A stretch of 64,000 nucleotides of DNA from an uncultured Candidatus Saccharibacteria bacterium (GCA_964384035.1 CAYLIB010000001.1:135636-199635); one strand, 5' to 3'. Counted from the first letter of the stretch, positions 27,345-37,603 are shown. A program made the numbers and translations. The notes: generated by a model not told the origin, from the letters alone.

Positions 27345-30137
27345 ATGCCAAAAACTACCCACCCTAAATACATGTTAATAGACGGCAACGCCCTAGTTCA
27401 CCGCGGTTTTCATGCCATCCCCGGACTTCAAAACAAAGCAGGAACTCCAACCGGTGCTGTCTACGGATTCATTTCCATACTTCTTAAAGCAATAAAAGAC
27501 CTTAAACCTACTCACGTAGCTGCCACCTTCGACCTTGCTGGTCCCACCTTCAGACACGAAAAATACAAAGACTATAAAGCAACCCGCGTAAAAGCCCCAC
27601 AAGAACTCTACGACCAAATCCCCCTAGTAAAACAAGTCGTAAGGGCTATGGGTATCCCCGTTGTAGAAAAACAAGGTTTCGAAGCAGACGACTGCTTGGG
27701 TACACTTTCAAATAAAATTTGCAGTCACAAAAACGGCGGCTGCGACGTTATGATAGTTACAGGAGATTTAGATACTCTCCAGTTAGTTTCAGACTGCGTA
27801 AAAATATACACACTCAGAAAAGGTCTCTCCGATATCGCCATCTACGACAAGTCAGCAATAAAAGAACGCTTCGGTCTTACCCCAGAACAAATGGTGGACT
27901 ACAAAGCATTAAGAGGGGACCCATCAGACAACATTAAAGGAGTAAAAGGTATAGGAGAAAAAACCGCCAGCGACCTAATACAAGAATTCGGCAGTCTAGA
28001 TGCTCTATATAAAGCCATTCACGCAGGAAAAACCGGCGACAAAATTAAACCTCGCATTTTAGAATTACTCAAAGCCGGAGAAGAAGACGCTAAGTTCTCC
28101 TATGAGCTCTCTACTATAGAGAGAAATATAGATATAGATGCAAATATCCCAGAATTCACCTTTACTAAAGAAGAACAGCACGCCACTCTAGAAGTATTCA
28201 AAGAACTCGAGTTCCAAAGTCTTGTCAGCAAGCTTCCCGGTGCAGATGGTTCTGCTGCTGTTTCTACTAAGTCACCAAAAAACGCACAAACAGAATCCGA
28301 AGAAGAAGTAAAAAAACCAGCACTTTCAACAGAAGTCCACAAAAAAACCTACCACTTTGTAAATACCGAAGAAAAACTAGACGACCTACTTTCTAAACTC
28401 AACAAAGTTAAAGAATTTGCAATAGATACCGAAACAACAAGCATCCATCCGGTAGATGCCAAGCTGGTTGGTGTTTCCGTTTCTTTCAAAGCCCACACCG
28501 GTTACTATATTCCAGCAAATATTTTAGAACTCAGAAAAAAAGAATTTGGAAAAATATTAAACGACCCAAAAGTAAGCAAAGTTGGCCACAATATTAAATA
28601 TGACCTTCTAACTTTGCAAAATTTTGGACTAAATCTCGTCGGTGCCGACTTCGACACCATGCTCGCTTCCTATCTACTCGATCCAGGCACCAGAAAACAC
28701 AGTATGGACGCTCTCGCCTTTAATGAACTCGGCTACCAAACCCAAAGCATAGAAGAGCTTATTGGCAAAGGAAGCAAGCAAATTACTATGGATCAAGTAG
28801 ATCCAGAAAAAGTCAGCTGGTACGCCAGCGAAGACGCCGACGTCACCTGGCAATTCAAAGAAATTTTCGAACCAAGACTAAAAAAAGAAAAACTAGACAA
28901 GGTCTTTAGCGAAATAGAAATGCCCCTCATACCCGTTTTGGCTGAAGTAGAAAGAAACGGAGTCATTTTAGATACCGAACTATTAGAAGAGTACGAATAC
29001 ATCGCCGAAAAAGCCATACACAGTTTAGAAAAAGAAATATATCATCTCACCGGTGAAGAGTTTAATATAGCTTCCCCGGCACAAATGAAAGAAGTGCTTT
29101 TCGAAAAGCTAAAACTCGAACCCATCCAAAACAAAAAAACCAAAACCGGTCTCTCAACGGCAGCAGGAGAGTTAGAAAAAATGCTTGGCCAACATCCAGT
29201 CATAGAAAAAATTATGGAGTACAGAGAGCTGACCAAACTCCAGTCTACGTATATAACGGCTCTCCCAAAACTAGTTAGTCCGACCACTGGTAGAATCCAC
29301 ACTAGCTACAACCAAACCATTGCGGCAACTGGTCGCTTGAGTTCCACCGACCCCAACCTCCAAAATATTCCTATTAAAGACAATCGTCACGAACTGGAAA
29401 TAAGAAAAGCCTTTGTCGCAGAACCAGGCTACAAGTTACTCTCCATCGACTACTCTCAAATAGAACTACGAATGGTAGCGCACCTTTCGGGCGACAAAAA
29501 TATGCTAGAAGTCTTCAAAAAAGGCGAAGACATACACACAAATACAGCAAGTCAGATCTTTGGAGTGCCCAAAAGCGAAGTAACTAAAGCCCACAGACGC
29601 GACGCCAAAACCATAAACTTCGGCATCCTCTACGGTCTCTCGGGTTTTGGTTTAAGTAGTCGCATTCAGGAAATAGATATGAAAGACGCTCAAGACTTCA
29701 TAAACAAATACTTCGAAGCCTACCCCGGAATTAAAGTCTATATGGAAAAAGTAAAAGAAGAAGTAAGAGAAAACGGTTTTGTAAGAAACGAAATAGGTAG
29801 AATCAGACGCTTCCCCGAAATAAAATCCAGCCAGTTCTTCATTCGCTCTGCCGCCGAACGCGCCGCCATAAATTTCCCCATACAAAGTCTCGCCGCCGAC
29901 GTGATTAAGCTCGCCATGTTAAAAATCCACCCCCTCCTGTCATCCTCGGCGAAGGCCGGGAATCCAGACTGCCGAATGATCCTCCAAGTCCACGACGAAC
30001 TCGTCTTCGAAGTAAAAGAAAAAAAAGTAAAAGAATACGAAGGTCTATTAAAACCCCTAATGGAACAAGCCATAAAACTAACCGTCCCCATAACCGTCGA
30101 ATCAAAAATAGGTGACAATTGGGGAGATATGAAATAA
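27345..30137 (+). CDS. polA: DNA polymerase I
   Basis: 930 aa with a 5'-3' exonuclease N-terminus, a 3'-5' exonuclease region, and polymerase motifs RRDAKTINFGILYG and QVHDELVFE. Confidence 0.9.
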   Translation: MPKTTHPKYMLIDGNALVHRGFHAIPGLQNKAGTPTGAVYGFISILLKAIKDLKPTHVAATFDLAGPTFRHEKYKDYKATRVKAPQELYDQIPLVKQVVRAMGIPVVEKQGFEADDCLGTLSNKICSHKNGGCDVMIVTGDLDTLQLVSDCVKIYTLRKGLSDIAIYDKSAIKERFGLTPEQMVDYKALRGDPSDNIKGVKGIGEKTASDLIQEFGSLDALYKAIHAGKTGDKIKPRILELLKAGEEDAKFSYELSTIERNIDIDANIPEFTFTKEEQHATLEVFKELEFQSLVSKLPGADGSAAVSTKSPKNAQTESEEEVKKPALSTEVHKKTYHFVNTEEKLDDLLSKLNKVKEFAIDTETTSIHPVDAKLVGVSVSFKAHTGYYIPANILELRKKEFGKILNDPKVSKVGHNIKYDLLTLQNFGLNLVGADFDTMLASYLLDPGTRKHSMDALAFNELGYQTQSIEELIGKGSKQITMDQVDPEKVSWYASEDADVTWQFKEIFEPRLKKEKLDKVFSEIEMPLIPVLAEVERNGVILDTELLEEYEYIAEKAIHSLEKEIYHLTGEEFNIASPAQMKEVLFEKLKLEPIQNKKTKTGLSTAAGELEKMLGQHPVIEKIMEYRELTKLQSTYITALPKLVSPTTGRIHTSYNQTIAATGRLSSTDPNLQNIPIKDNRHELEIRKAFVAEPGYKLLSIDYSQIELRMVAHLSGDKNMLEVFKKGEDIHTNTASQIFGVPKSEVTKAHRRDAKTINFGILYGLSGFGLSSRIQEIDMKDAQDFINKYFEAYPGIKVYMEKVKEEVRENGFVRNEIGRIRRFPEIKSSQFFIRSAAERAAINFPIQSLAADVIKLAMLKIHPLLSSSAKAGNPDCRMILQVHDELVFEVKEKKVKEYEGLLKPLMEQAIKLTVPITVESKIGDNWGDMK

Positions 30138-30145
30138 ATAAAAAA

Positions 30146-30176
30146 CAGACCCAAGAGACTTCTCTTGGGTCTTTTA
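30146..30176 (+). terminator. Rho-independent terminator after polA
   Basis: Stem agacccaagaga / tctcttgggtct followed by T-run. Confidence 0.55.
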
Positions 30177-30243
30177 AATAGCCAAACATCTTAGTGTGGT
30201 TGATAGTAAGCAGATATATATCAAACACCCAAACTCAAGCTAA

Positions 30244-30275
30244 CTATTCTCCATCGCGGCCGCGAGGGAGAATAG
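30244..30275. promoter_or_regulatory. Near-perfect 32-bp palindrome with a NotI (gcggccgc) core upstream of 30316
   Basis: ctattctccatcgcggccgcgagggagaatag; 30 of 32 positions are self-complementary. Candidate operator or hairpin. Confidence 0.35.
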
Positions 30276-30315
30276 TATGTTAAGCTAAACCTATAAAAAA
30301 TTTAAATAAAAATAT

Positions 30316-30615
30316 ATGATAATTGTTCGCGAGGTGTTCACCTGCAAGCCGGGAAAAGCCGGGAAATTCGCTAAAATGTTTAAAGAATTTCACGAGAAAT
30401 TCTATCCAACAGAAAAAGTAAAAATCCTCACAGACGTAGTAGGGGATTTTAATACAGTCGTTATGGAAACCCAATTAAATAACTTGGCCGAGTTCGAAAT
30501 GCGCATGGCAAGCTACAAGTACGACTCACAAAGCAAAGCAGAAATGCAGGAACTAATGAGAGATTATTTAGATAACTACCAAACCGGCAAACGCGAAATC
30601 TGGCAGGTAGTTTAA
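30316..30615 (+). CDS. Hypothetical small protein
   Basis: 99-aa ORF. A terminator hairpin (agcggatcacaa / ttgtgatccgct) follows at about 30627-30659. Confidence 0.4.
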   Translation: MIIVREVFTCKPGKAGKFAKMFKEFHEKFYPTEKVKILTDVVGDFNTVVMETQLNNLAEFEMRMASYKYDSQSKAEMQELMRDYLDNYQTGKREIWQVV

Positions 30616-30657
30616 ATAATAAGAAAGAGCGGATCACAATTGTGATCCGCTAGTTTT

Positions 30658-31356
30658 TTATAGACAGTGTTTAGGCCACTGTCCTACGTAGTGTACCTTT
30701 TCAGATACCATGTATCTGTAAGGCAAAAGTCTCGAGAGTTGCTCGGTTTTCGAAGCAAACGCGAAGCACTCCTCCGTAGTGGGCTGGTAGATTGTAGCCA
30801 CCCTACTCACTTGCGAGTAGGGAAGCATTGTGTCATTAGGTTGAATAGACCCAAAGTCCACCACTTGGTGCTGCGGTAATCCAATGGATACCATTGCATT
30901 AGTGATTGCCTCAAGCGTTGGTAGTCTATCTGGGTAATTCTTCCAGATAACATGGGTTTCCTGCGCGGGGGAATTCTGCACTCTTTCAAATTCTGGAAAC
31001 TCAAGGTCGAAATTTATCTCCGACCAACCCCAACCCGGGTTCACAATTACTTCCTCCACCTCGAAGTTGCATTCAACTCCGAGGGCTCGAAGCTGTGTCA
31101 TGCCTTCACGAATCAGGTTTTTAATTCCTTCCCAGTCCTGGCTCTTACTCGTTGCCATCAAGGTTGGACAATCAAGGTCGTGTCCAGTAGGCGGGACCCC
31201 AGCAGGGTGTTCAAGCTGGTCGAAGTTCGTGACCCCCAGAAAGTATTTCACTTTCTGGAACCCAACGCCAATGAGTGTATTTCTAACCTCTTCAGTGCAA
31301 ATTAATTCCGAATATTGCGTCGCAATGTGTGCCTCAAAAAGTCTACGTATTTTCAT
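30658..31356 (-). CDS. Hypothetical protein of moderately elevated GC; head-to-head cargo of TrmB copy 2
   Basis: 232-aa ORF divergent from 31532. Confidence 0.45.
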   Translation of the reverse strand: MKIRRLFEAHIATQYSELICTEEVRNTLIGVGFQKVKYFLGVTNFDQLEHPAGVPPTGHDLDCPTLMATSKSQDWEGIKNLIREGMTQLRALGVECNFEVEEVIVNPGWGWSEINFDLEFPEFERVQNSPAQETHVIWKNYPDRLPTLEAITNAMVSIGLPQHQVVDFGSIQPNDTMLPYSQVSRVATIYQPTTEECFAFASKTEQLSRLLPYRYMVSEKVHYVGQWPKHCL

Positions 31357-31531
31357 AAGAACCTCCTATTAAGTTTTAGTTTATGCGAACGGGTTGTTTG
31401 TTTTTGAAATATAATTATGTCATAATTAGCTAGAATTATTAACAATATTAGATAGTAATTTTAAATAAAAGCTCAAATATAGGATATTTTTAATACTAAT
31501 TAGCATAAATTTGTCAGAAATAATAACAAAA

Positions 31532-32275
31532 ATGATAGATTCTAAATCACTTCTCGTTGCAGGATTAGATGAAAAATCCGCACAAATATATCTCGCTAGT
31601 CTAAGTTCTGGTGTGTCTTCAGTTCAACAGCTTGCTGAAAAAACAGGTTTAAAAAGACCCACAGTCTATATGTATATTCAGCAAATGCTAAAAGAAGGCT
31701 TTCTAGAAAAAGTCCCCATTGGTAAGAAGGACTACTACCAAGCAATAGACCCAGAAGTTGTAAAACAGAAAGTAGACGAGGCTCACGCCCAAATGCAAAC
31801 CATATTCCCAGAGCTATTACAGATGCAAAATAAAACTGCGGGCAAACCCGGGGTTAAAGTACTCGTTGGTAAAAAGGGAATGGAGCAAATATACAAAGAA
31901 ATAGCCCAAGCAGATTCTATTCGTTTCTGGACCGACCTCTCCCAGTTTGAAAGCACCTTCAAAAATAGTTTCAACTACCTAAGCGAAACCATAAAAACTA
32001 AACAGATACGAACCAAAGAAATAATCGCCGACAACCCCAAAAGCAAAGCCAGCTCAAAACGTTACGCAGCAAACGCCGGTAAATTTTACTCTTCCCGCAT
32101 TGCCACAAAAGAAGGTATAACCAACGACAGTGCAATATATGGAAACGTCGTAGCCCTTTTCCGCATCCACGATTTCAACCTCTTCGTAGTCAGAATAGAA
32201 GACCTCACCATAGCTACCAGTATGAAAGCCCTCTTCGAAATGGCCTGGCAATCCGCCACGCCCTTCATTGGTTAA
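31532..32275 (+). CDS. TrmB-family winged-HTH transcriptional regulator paralogue (copy 2)
   Basis: N-terminus LLVAGLDEKSAQIYLASLSSGVSSVQQLAEKTGLKRPTVYMYIQQMLKEGFL. ATG at 31532 preferred over the track's TTG at 31511. C-terminus ALFEMAWQSA resembles other copies. Confidence 0.6.
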   Translation: MIDSKSLLVAGLDEKSAQIYLASLSSGVSSVQQLAEKTGLKRPTVYMYIQQMLKEGFLEKVPIGKKDYYQAIDPEVVKQKVDEAHAQMQTIFPELLQMQNKTAGKPGVKVLVGKKGMEQIYKEIAQADSIRFWTDLSQFESTFKNSFNYLSETIKTKQIRTKEIIADNPKSKASSKRYAANAGKFYSSRIATKEGITNDSAIYGNVVALFRIHDFNLFVVRIEDLTIATSMKALFEMAWQSATPFIG

Positions 32276-32297
32276 TAAAAAAAGCGAGTCTGTAAAC

Positions 32298-32984
32298 TCA
32301 CTGTAATTTGGGGTTTCCCTTAATTTCCATCTCAGTCTGTATGCCGGAAAACAACTTTGCTTCTTTTTCCGAAAAGTAGTCGTTAAACTGTTCCTCAAAA
32401 AGCCCTGCCTGCGAAGGCTTTTTATTTTTGAGAAGCAATTCATACTGAACGATGAAATACATCCCAACCCAATACAACTCTAACTCTTTCGGTTTGTTTT
32501 CAAGGTAGTACTGTAAGAACCGATTACGGGCCAAGCGTTTGAGCCTATCAAGGCCATCTGTATCTTGGCTCAATCCCTTGCTTTCCAGTCTCGCAAGGAA
32601 AACAGTCGCAAGGAATTCTACGGTTTCATCCTTATCCTCAGACACCAATATCTTTACCAGTTTGCTGCGACACTCCGGGATGTTCTTTTTGTAGTATGCG
32701 AGTAGTGCCTGCAGAAACCAAATCCGGGTTTCAAGCCTGCCTTCTTCCACGTATTTGGTAGTTAGTTCTTCGATCTCGGCCAGCAGCGACTTGTCCTGCG
32801 CTCCCTGAAGGTCGTAGCAAATAAACAAATCCACCACACAGTTGAAAGAGGCAAACAAACTCCCGCCGACCAGCATTTCATCCCGATAACCCTTTTTCAG
32901 AAATCCTTGAGCTTCATCAAAATTTCCTCGAAGCATGGATTTCAGCGCCTTGGGTCTAAGTTCACTAGCTTGCTCTCTGGGCAT
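32298..32984 (-). CDS. Hypothetical helical (TPR-like) protein; tail-to-tail partner of TrmB copy 2
   Basis: 228-aa E/K/L-rich ORF convergent with 31532. Confidence 0.45.
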   Translation of the reverse strand: MPREQASELRPKALKSMLRGNFDEAQGFLKKGYRDEMLVGGSLFASFNCVVDLFICYDLQGAQDKSLLAEIEELTTKYVEEGRLETRIWFLQALLAYYKKNIPECRSKLVKILVSEDKDETVEFLATVFLARLESKGLSQDTDGLDRLKRLARNRFLQYYLENKPKELELYWVGMYFIVQYELLLKNKKPSQAGLFEEQFNDYFSEKEAKLFSGIQTEMEIKGNPKLQ

Positions 32985-33062
32985 TTTCCAAATCCTCCAT
33001 TTAATCTAAGAAGTAAGCGGTATTTAAACACACTAATGATAAGGTAGTCAAATAAAAGCCTC

Positions 33063-33090
33063 TTGAAAATATGTAGAAATATATTATAAT
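33063..33090 (+). promoter_or_regulatory. Sigma70-type promoter for the uORF / kinase / Rieske operon
   Basis: TTGAAA (33063-68), 16-nt spacer, TATAAT (33085-90). Confidence 0.45.
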
Positions 33091-33222
33091 TTCTTTTATT
33101 TTCTATTCAGCCATACAAACAAGGAGAGTCATATGACCTACTTCTTTCCCACTGGTTTCATTCTATGCCCCTAAACTCGGTGATTAGTTAGAGGCTAATC
33201 ACCACTAACAATCGGAGCTAGA

Positions 33223-33684
33223 ATGAAACCGAAAAAAGATTATTTTCTCATGGTCGGCGCTCCCGGAAGTGGTAAGTCCACCTCTGCTGGGAAACTGGCC
33301 AGTGAAACTGGAGCGCTTATTGTTTGTCCGGACCATCTTCGTGATGTTTATCCGGAAAAAAGCGATGCGCAAATTTTCGCTATCGCCCGCGAAATCATCG
33401 CTTTTACTTTGAAAAACGGAAAGCGCGACGTTATCCTCGACTGCACCAATACCAGCAGAAGAGGAAGAAAGGAAATGATCGAAGCTGGAAAATCCTTTGC
33501 CAACAGGGTGGTGTGCATCCATATGGCCACCAGTCTCGAGGAGTCTCTCAAAAGGCACAAAGCTCGGCAGGTGAGGGGAGAGAAACCCACCCTCACGGAG
33601 GTGAGGATTACTGAGATGTACGATCGTCTCCAGAAAAACCTCCCCAGCCTCACCGAGGGTTTCGATGAAATCATTGAGTGCTAA
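33223..33684 (+). CDS. P-loop NTPase, AAA_33 / polynucleotide-kinase-like small kinase
   Basis: Walker A MVGAPGSGKST at the N-terminus and an Asp-containing Walker B region ILDCTNT; about 150 aa, typical of this kinase class. Confidence 0.6.
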   Translation: MKPKKDYFLMVGAPGSGKSTSAGKLASETGALIVCPDHLRDVYPEKSDAQIFAIAREIIAFTLKNGKRDVILDCTNTSRRGRKEMIEAGKSFANRVVCIHMATSLEESLKRHKARQVRGEKPTLTEVRITEMYDRLQKNLPSLTEGFDEIIEC

Positions 33685-33775
33685 TTATACCGACAATAGT
33701 CGGTATTTTTATTTACCCACTCATTTACATACACCTAAATAACTGCAATAATTTCGCGGTATAAGGAGGTTAGAT

Positions 33776-34705
33776 ATGGAAGAAAATGCTTCAAGAAAGG
33801 TCAGTAACTTCAACAACCCAAAAAGACATTTGCAGTCATGGTATGTTTTAGGTAAGTCATCTCAGGTAAAAATAAATAAACCGAAAAACTTTCAAGTACT
33901 AGGCAGGAATTTAGTTTGCTGGCGAGACGAAAATAATTCTTTACATTTGCTAGATTCCCGTTGCCCACACCTGGGAGCAGATCTCGGAAAGGGGAGAGTT
34001 GTAACTGGGAATATCGTGTGCCCCTATCACAAGTGGCAGTTCTCACCTACAGGTAATTGTGTTTTCGCTCCAAGAACCGAGTCTCTCCCAGAGAGGTCAG
34101 TAAGAGTCTATCCCGTGCAGGAAAAGTGGGGATTAATATGGTTCTGGAACGGGCCCGAGATAGGGTTCGCTATTCCAGAAATATCACACCCCTATAGACA
34201 TTTAAAAATGCCCTCAAGAACATTCCCTTGCCACCCCCATGTGGTAATAGCGAATGGTCTAGATATAACGCATTTCGAAACCCTACACCAAATTTCACTA
34301 AGAGAATACAAAAGCGAACAGAATCCGTACTCTGCCAAAGTCACTATTGGTGGGCAGTTTTCTACTTTTCTTATGAACTCACTAGCGGGTACGCAAGATC
34401 AAGATTTTGTAGTCTCAATTACTGCTATCGGTGGGAACAACGCCCTTATAGAAGCCGAATCACCTATAAAATTCTCTGTCATCTTCACAACCTTACCCAT
34501 AGAAACTGGGTGTAAGATTCAGGCTCTGTTATTCTTACCCAAAAAAATATTTCCAGATTTTTTCAGGGCGTTCATTTCTCTATATCGGTTGCTTATGGAC
34601 GACCGTATAATTTTGGAAAATATAAATTTCTCCCCATCCTTCGTGGATTCAGACAACGCATTCAAAGAATATGTAAACCTAGTAAATACCATGCCCACAT
34701 GGTAG
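33776..34705 (+). CDS. Rieske [2Fe-2S] non-heme iron oxygenase-like protein
   Basis: Rieske motif CPHLGADLGKG...(15 aa)...CPYHKWQF. Mononuclear-iron motif DITHFETLH (D-x2-H-x4-H). Confidence 0.7.
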   Translation: MEENASRKVSNFNNPKRHLQSWYVLGKSSQVKINKPKNFQVLGRNLVCWRDENNSLHLLDSRCPHLGADLGKGRVVTGNIVCPYHKWQFSPTGNCVFAPRTESLPERSVRVYPVQEKWGLIWFWNGPEIGFAIPEISHPYRHLKMPSRTFPCHPHVVIANGLDITHFETLHQISLREYKSEQNPYSAKVTIGGQFSTFLMNSLAGTQDQDFVVSITAIGGNNALIEAESPIKFSVIFTTLPIETGCKIQALLFLPKKIFPDFFRAFISLYRLLMDDRIILENINFSPSFVDSDNAFKEYVNLVNTMPTW

Positions 34706-34833
34706 ATGAACAAAAAAACGATACTTAGCAGTATCGTTAATTTTTTATGAATTTAAGAATATTGACTTTTATAAATATTTATGTTAAAATCATGTTTATT
34801 TCTCAAACATAAAAATAGGATGGATAACACTAA

Positions 34834-35163
34834 ATGAAGTTTTTGTGCGCGGTGATTTTATTTTTCACGTTATCAGCAAGCACTGTTGCGATTGCACAGC
34901 AAAAGCCTTGTAGTAAGAGTGCAAGCATCGGTATCAGATACGAGGAAGAAAAGTATATCACAGACACATGGATATCTGGTAATGGCAGGCAAGCCCTCGC
35001 CGTTTATAAAGAATTCGGAAGAGAAAAAACATCTTTAGTCTTGCATGTTTCGCCAGAGATGGCAGCAACTCTAAAAATCGGAGATAAGGTCCTAGCTGAA
35101 GGTAACATAATTTGCACCCAACAGGGTGCTCACAGCTTCCGTATTAGTTCAGTAACGCGATAA
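34834..35163 (+). CDS. Small secreted protein
   Basis: Signal peptide MKFLCAVILFFTLSASTVAIAQQ. Terminator hairpin cgcgat / atcgcg plus T6 at about 35156-35182. Confidence 0.4.
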   Translation: MKFLCAVILFFTLSASTVAIAQQKPCSKSASIGIRYEEEKYITDTWISGNGRQALAVYKEFGREKTSLVLHVSPEMAATLKIGDKVLAEGNIICTQQGAHSFRISSVTR

Positions 35164-35180
35164 AATTTATCGCGATTTTT

Positions 35181-35318
35181 TTAATTTATAAACAACCGCG
35201 CAAGCCTTATCTCATCATAACTAAAACTCTCGTCTAGTAGTTGTTTAACCGGATCGAGGACAGACAGAACTGAGGGGAAAAGCTGGATGTTACGGACAAG
35301 GCTATCATCCGCATGCAT
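35181..35318 (-). pseudogene. RecQ C-terminal (HRDC end) gene fragment; displaced copy of the recQ 3' end
   Basis: 45-aa remnant MHADDSLVRNIQLFPSVLSVLDPVKQLLDESFSYDEIRLARLFIN. Its last 22 aa match the RecQ C-terminus (APVKQLLDESFSYDEIRLARLFIK). DNA is 67 of 69 identical to 38035-38103. Confidence 0.5.
35185..35253. repeat. Left copy of a 69-bp direct repeat of the recQ 3' end
   Basis: tttataaacaaccgcgcaagccttatctcatcataactaaaactctcgtctagtagttgtttaaccgga. Differs at 2 positions from the right copy at 38035-38103. Similarity stops abruptly on both sides. Confidence 0.7.
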
Positions 35319-35469
35319 GAGCGTCTGCTTAGAAATCAGCCTGAAGAAGTCGAAGGTTTCACTAAAATTATCCGCGTCACTCCCAGTTGAGTGGCGTTTT
35401 TTTACCTAACAAGTAGTTCTGGGAGAGAATGGGGTTGCAGAATGTCCACTCAAAGCACAAGAGCAAGTA

Positions 35470-36018
35470 GTGTTCAATGTGAGGAGCGACTGGAATAACC
35501 ATCAGGTGAGTAAAGTCGTGAGGGAAGCTATCTGGTACGCTAATGATTTTTTTAGCGAAATGCGCAAGCCGTACCAATTTATGTATTCCGATGAAAGTCC
35601 AGACATAGTGGTTCGGGAATGGCAAATCAACCTGAAGGTCTGTGGGGAGGCGATTATTAGGTTGGATACCCAAGGTGGGTATTACGGCGTGGTAAAAATA
35701 CACTCGGTAATGGCGAATGCTCAATTTGATACTCTGGTAAGAGTTATTCTGCACGAGTTGCTGCACTCGGTTGGTGCAAAGCATTCAAGTGTTGCCGAAG
35801 CCAACGACTTGATGAGTAAAAATTTAGTGCCGCTTCCAGGTTATGGCCAATACTGGTGCCAAACCAGTCACGATTGGGCCATAAAGTCACAAACTCTGGG
35901 AGAAATTACAAACTTTATCGAGCGACTAAAAACTTATCAAGGCAACCGTGGTAGGATATGGAGAAGTCCAGCGTCCGACCCGAAAGTCAAAAAGAGTAAG
36001 AAAAAGGGCTATTACTAA
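35470..36018 (+). CDS. Metzincin-type zinc metallopeptidase-like protein; tail-to-tail partner of TrmB copy 3
   Basis: HEXXHXXGXXH signature HELLHSVGAKH. 182 aa. Terminator hairpin ctgcc / ggcag plus T-run at about 36020-36046. Confidence 0.55.
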   Translation: MFNVRSDWNNHQVSKVVREAIWYANDFFSEMRKPYQFMYSDESPDIVVREWQINLKVCGEAIIRLDTQGGYYGVVKIHSVMANAQFDTLVRVILHELLHSVGAKHSSVAEANDLMSKNLVPLPGYGQYWCQTSHDWAIKSQTLGEITNFIERLKTYQGNRGRIWRSPASDPKVKKSKKKGYY

Positions 36019-36200
36019 TACTGCCACCCAAGGCAGTTTTTATTTTACTTCTACTTGCTCGTAGTCCGCATAGAAGACGCTGCTATTGCAAGTACTATGG
36101 GTGCACTGTTCGATGTGGCCTGGAAACAATCCACTCCATTCATAGGCTAAGCACTGTAAATAAATAAACCACCACCAGCAATAAGTTGGCGGTAGTTTAT

Positions 36201-36929
36201 TTATGCGAGCATTTTCCACATAAAGTTGAATATATTCTGCATAAAGCTCGATATTTCTTTAGAAAATATTTCTACCGCAACATGCTCTTTTTTATAGCTG
36301 ATAAAAATTACTCTATCTGGCAGTATATAGCACCCAGCTGTCCACGAAAGAGGGGAGAACGCAGGTGGAAGCAGTTTAACTTCGCTCAGGGTTTTCTCTT
36401 TATCTGACTTTCGCGCCTCCGCAATCATAGAAGTCTCCGTAACCAAGCGCGTATGTATTCCTCTCTCGGCACGTCTCTTTTTAAATCCTTTTAAGAACCC
36501 TGAGTTCATGGAAAGCCAATCTTGCTCACTGGTAATAATGTCGTAACTTTTAAGTCCGCGTATTTCTAAAATAGAATCATACAATTTAAGTAATTCCTTT
36601 TCAGAACTATAAACCTTAATAACTGGGGTCTTACCCGAGGTTCGGTGTAGATCTATGAGATCCGGTAGTAGTTCTTTAAGTTTTTCTTCTTTCTGTTTAA
36701 GCTCAATAAGTAAATTCTTCGGACTGTGCGGGAAAAAACGAAGAACTTTTTTTGATTCAGCTTTATAAACCATACCCCGTTTCTCCAATTCCGAAAGTAC
36801 GTCGTAAATCGTTGTTCTGTCTAACTTTGAGCTAACTGCTATTTCCTTTACAGTCGCCTCGCCCAAAGTAAGTAGGGTCTTATAAACATTTTCCTCTTTT
36901 AAAGAAAGTCCCAAAAATGATAAATCCAT
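36201..36929 (-). CDS. TrmB-family winged-HTH transcriptional regulator paralogue (copy 3)
   Basis: Classic TrmB HTH LGLSLKEENVYKTLLTLGEATVKEIAVSSKLDRTTIYDVLSELEKRGMV. ATG at 36929 preferred; the track begins at an upstream TTG (36965). Confidence 0.7.
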   Translation of the reverse strand: MDLSFLGLSLKEENVYKTLLTLGEATVKEIAVSSKLDRTTIYDVLSELEKRGMVYKAESKKVLRFFPHSPKNLLIELKQKEEKLKELLPDLIDLHRTSGKTPVIKVYSSEKELLKLYDSILEIRGLKSYDIITSEQDWLSMNSGFLKGFKKRRAERGIHTRLVTETSMIAEARKSDKEKTLSEVKLLPPAFSPLSWTAGCYILPDRVIFISYKKEHVAVEIFSKEISSFMQNIFNFMWKMLA

Positions 36930-37111
36930 AATTTTGTGGATAATTTTCGACAAATAATAATACAAAATAATAGCCTAAATAAGGCTATTTTTAATTAATT
37001 ATAGCAATATTTATTAAATTTGTCAATATTTCCCCTCAACTCATGTATAGTTACCCATCAAGTTGATAATTCGATCAGCTTGAAATTCCACCCACTTCCT
37101 TAGGAGGTTCC

Positions 37112-37540
37112 ATGAAGTACGTTCTGTTGTCTCTCGTTTTGTTCGCCGCAGTTCTGGGTTTCGGCTGTTTCGGTAAAAGCAGTCCACCGGTCGGAGCCAA
37201 AGCCACGCCCGAAGCGCGTGGTATCGCCGACGACTCGACTCAGATCGAGGAGGTGTCGGACTGCAGTTGTGGTGCAGTTCCGAACCGAACTCCATCCCGA
37301 TTCGAGCTTCGCATGGAAGATGATCGTTACTTCCTGCGAATCGTCCCAGCTCAAGGTCAGCAGGATATTGAATATTTAATTTCCACAAAGCACCAGGGCG
37401 GACCGAAGGCGAGATCGGAAAAGGGAGAACTATGGGACATCAATCCCAAAGATCTCGCGAACCACTTCTCAAGTTGTTGGCAGGTGCTCGCAAAAAAGGT
37501 CGATGAAAAGACCCTAAAGCGAGTCTACTCCCAGCAGTAA
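37112..37540 (+). CDS. Lipoprotein (discrete high-GC insert); head-to-head cargo of TrmB copy 3
   Basis: Lipoprotein signal with lipobox LGFGC. About 60% GC against 35-40% flanks. RBS ggagg. Own terminator hairpin ggggcga / tcgcccc at about 37550-37580. Confidence 0.55.
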   Translation: MKYVLLSLVLFAAVLGFGCFGKSSPPVGAKATPEARGIADDSTQIEEVSDCSCGAVPNRTPSRFELRMEDDRYFLRIVPAQGQQDIEYLISTKHQGGPKARSEKGELWDINPKDLANHFSSCWQVLAKKVDEKTLKRVYSQQ

Positions 37541-37603
37541 CTGTGACTCTGGGGCGATTAGCTAACTGCGTCGCCCCACTTTCTTTAAAAGGAGAAAAGA
37601 AAA

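Noticed and set aside
37030-37061. A promoter of the conserved TTGACA-17-CATACT type upstream of the lipoprotein gene 37112
   Set aside because: There is a TTGTCA and a TATAGT, but the spacing is about 20 nt. It does not match the conserved element seen at the other four units, so it is not claimed as the same promoter.
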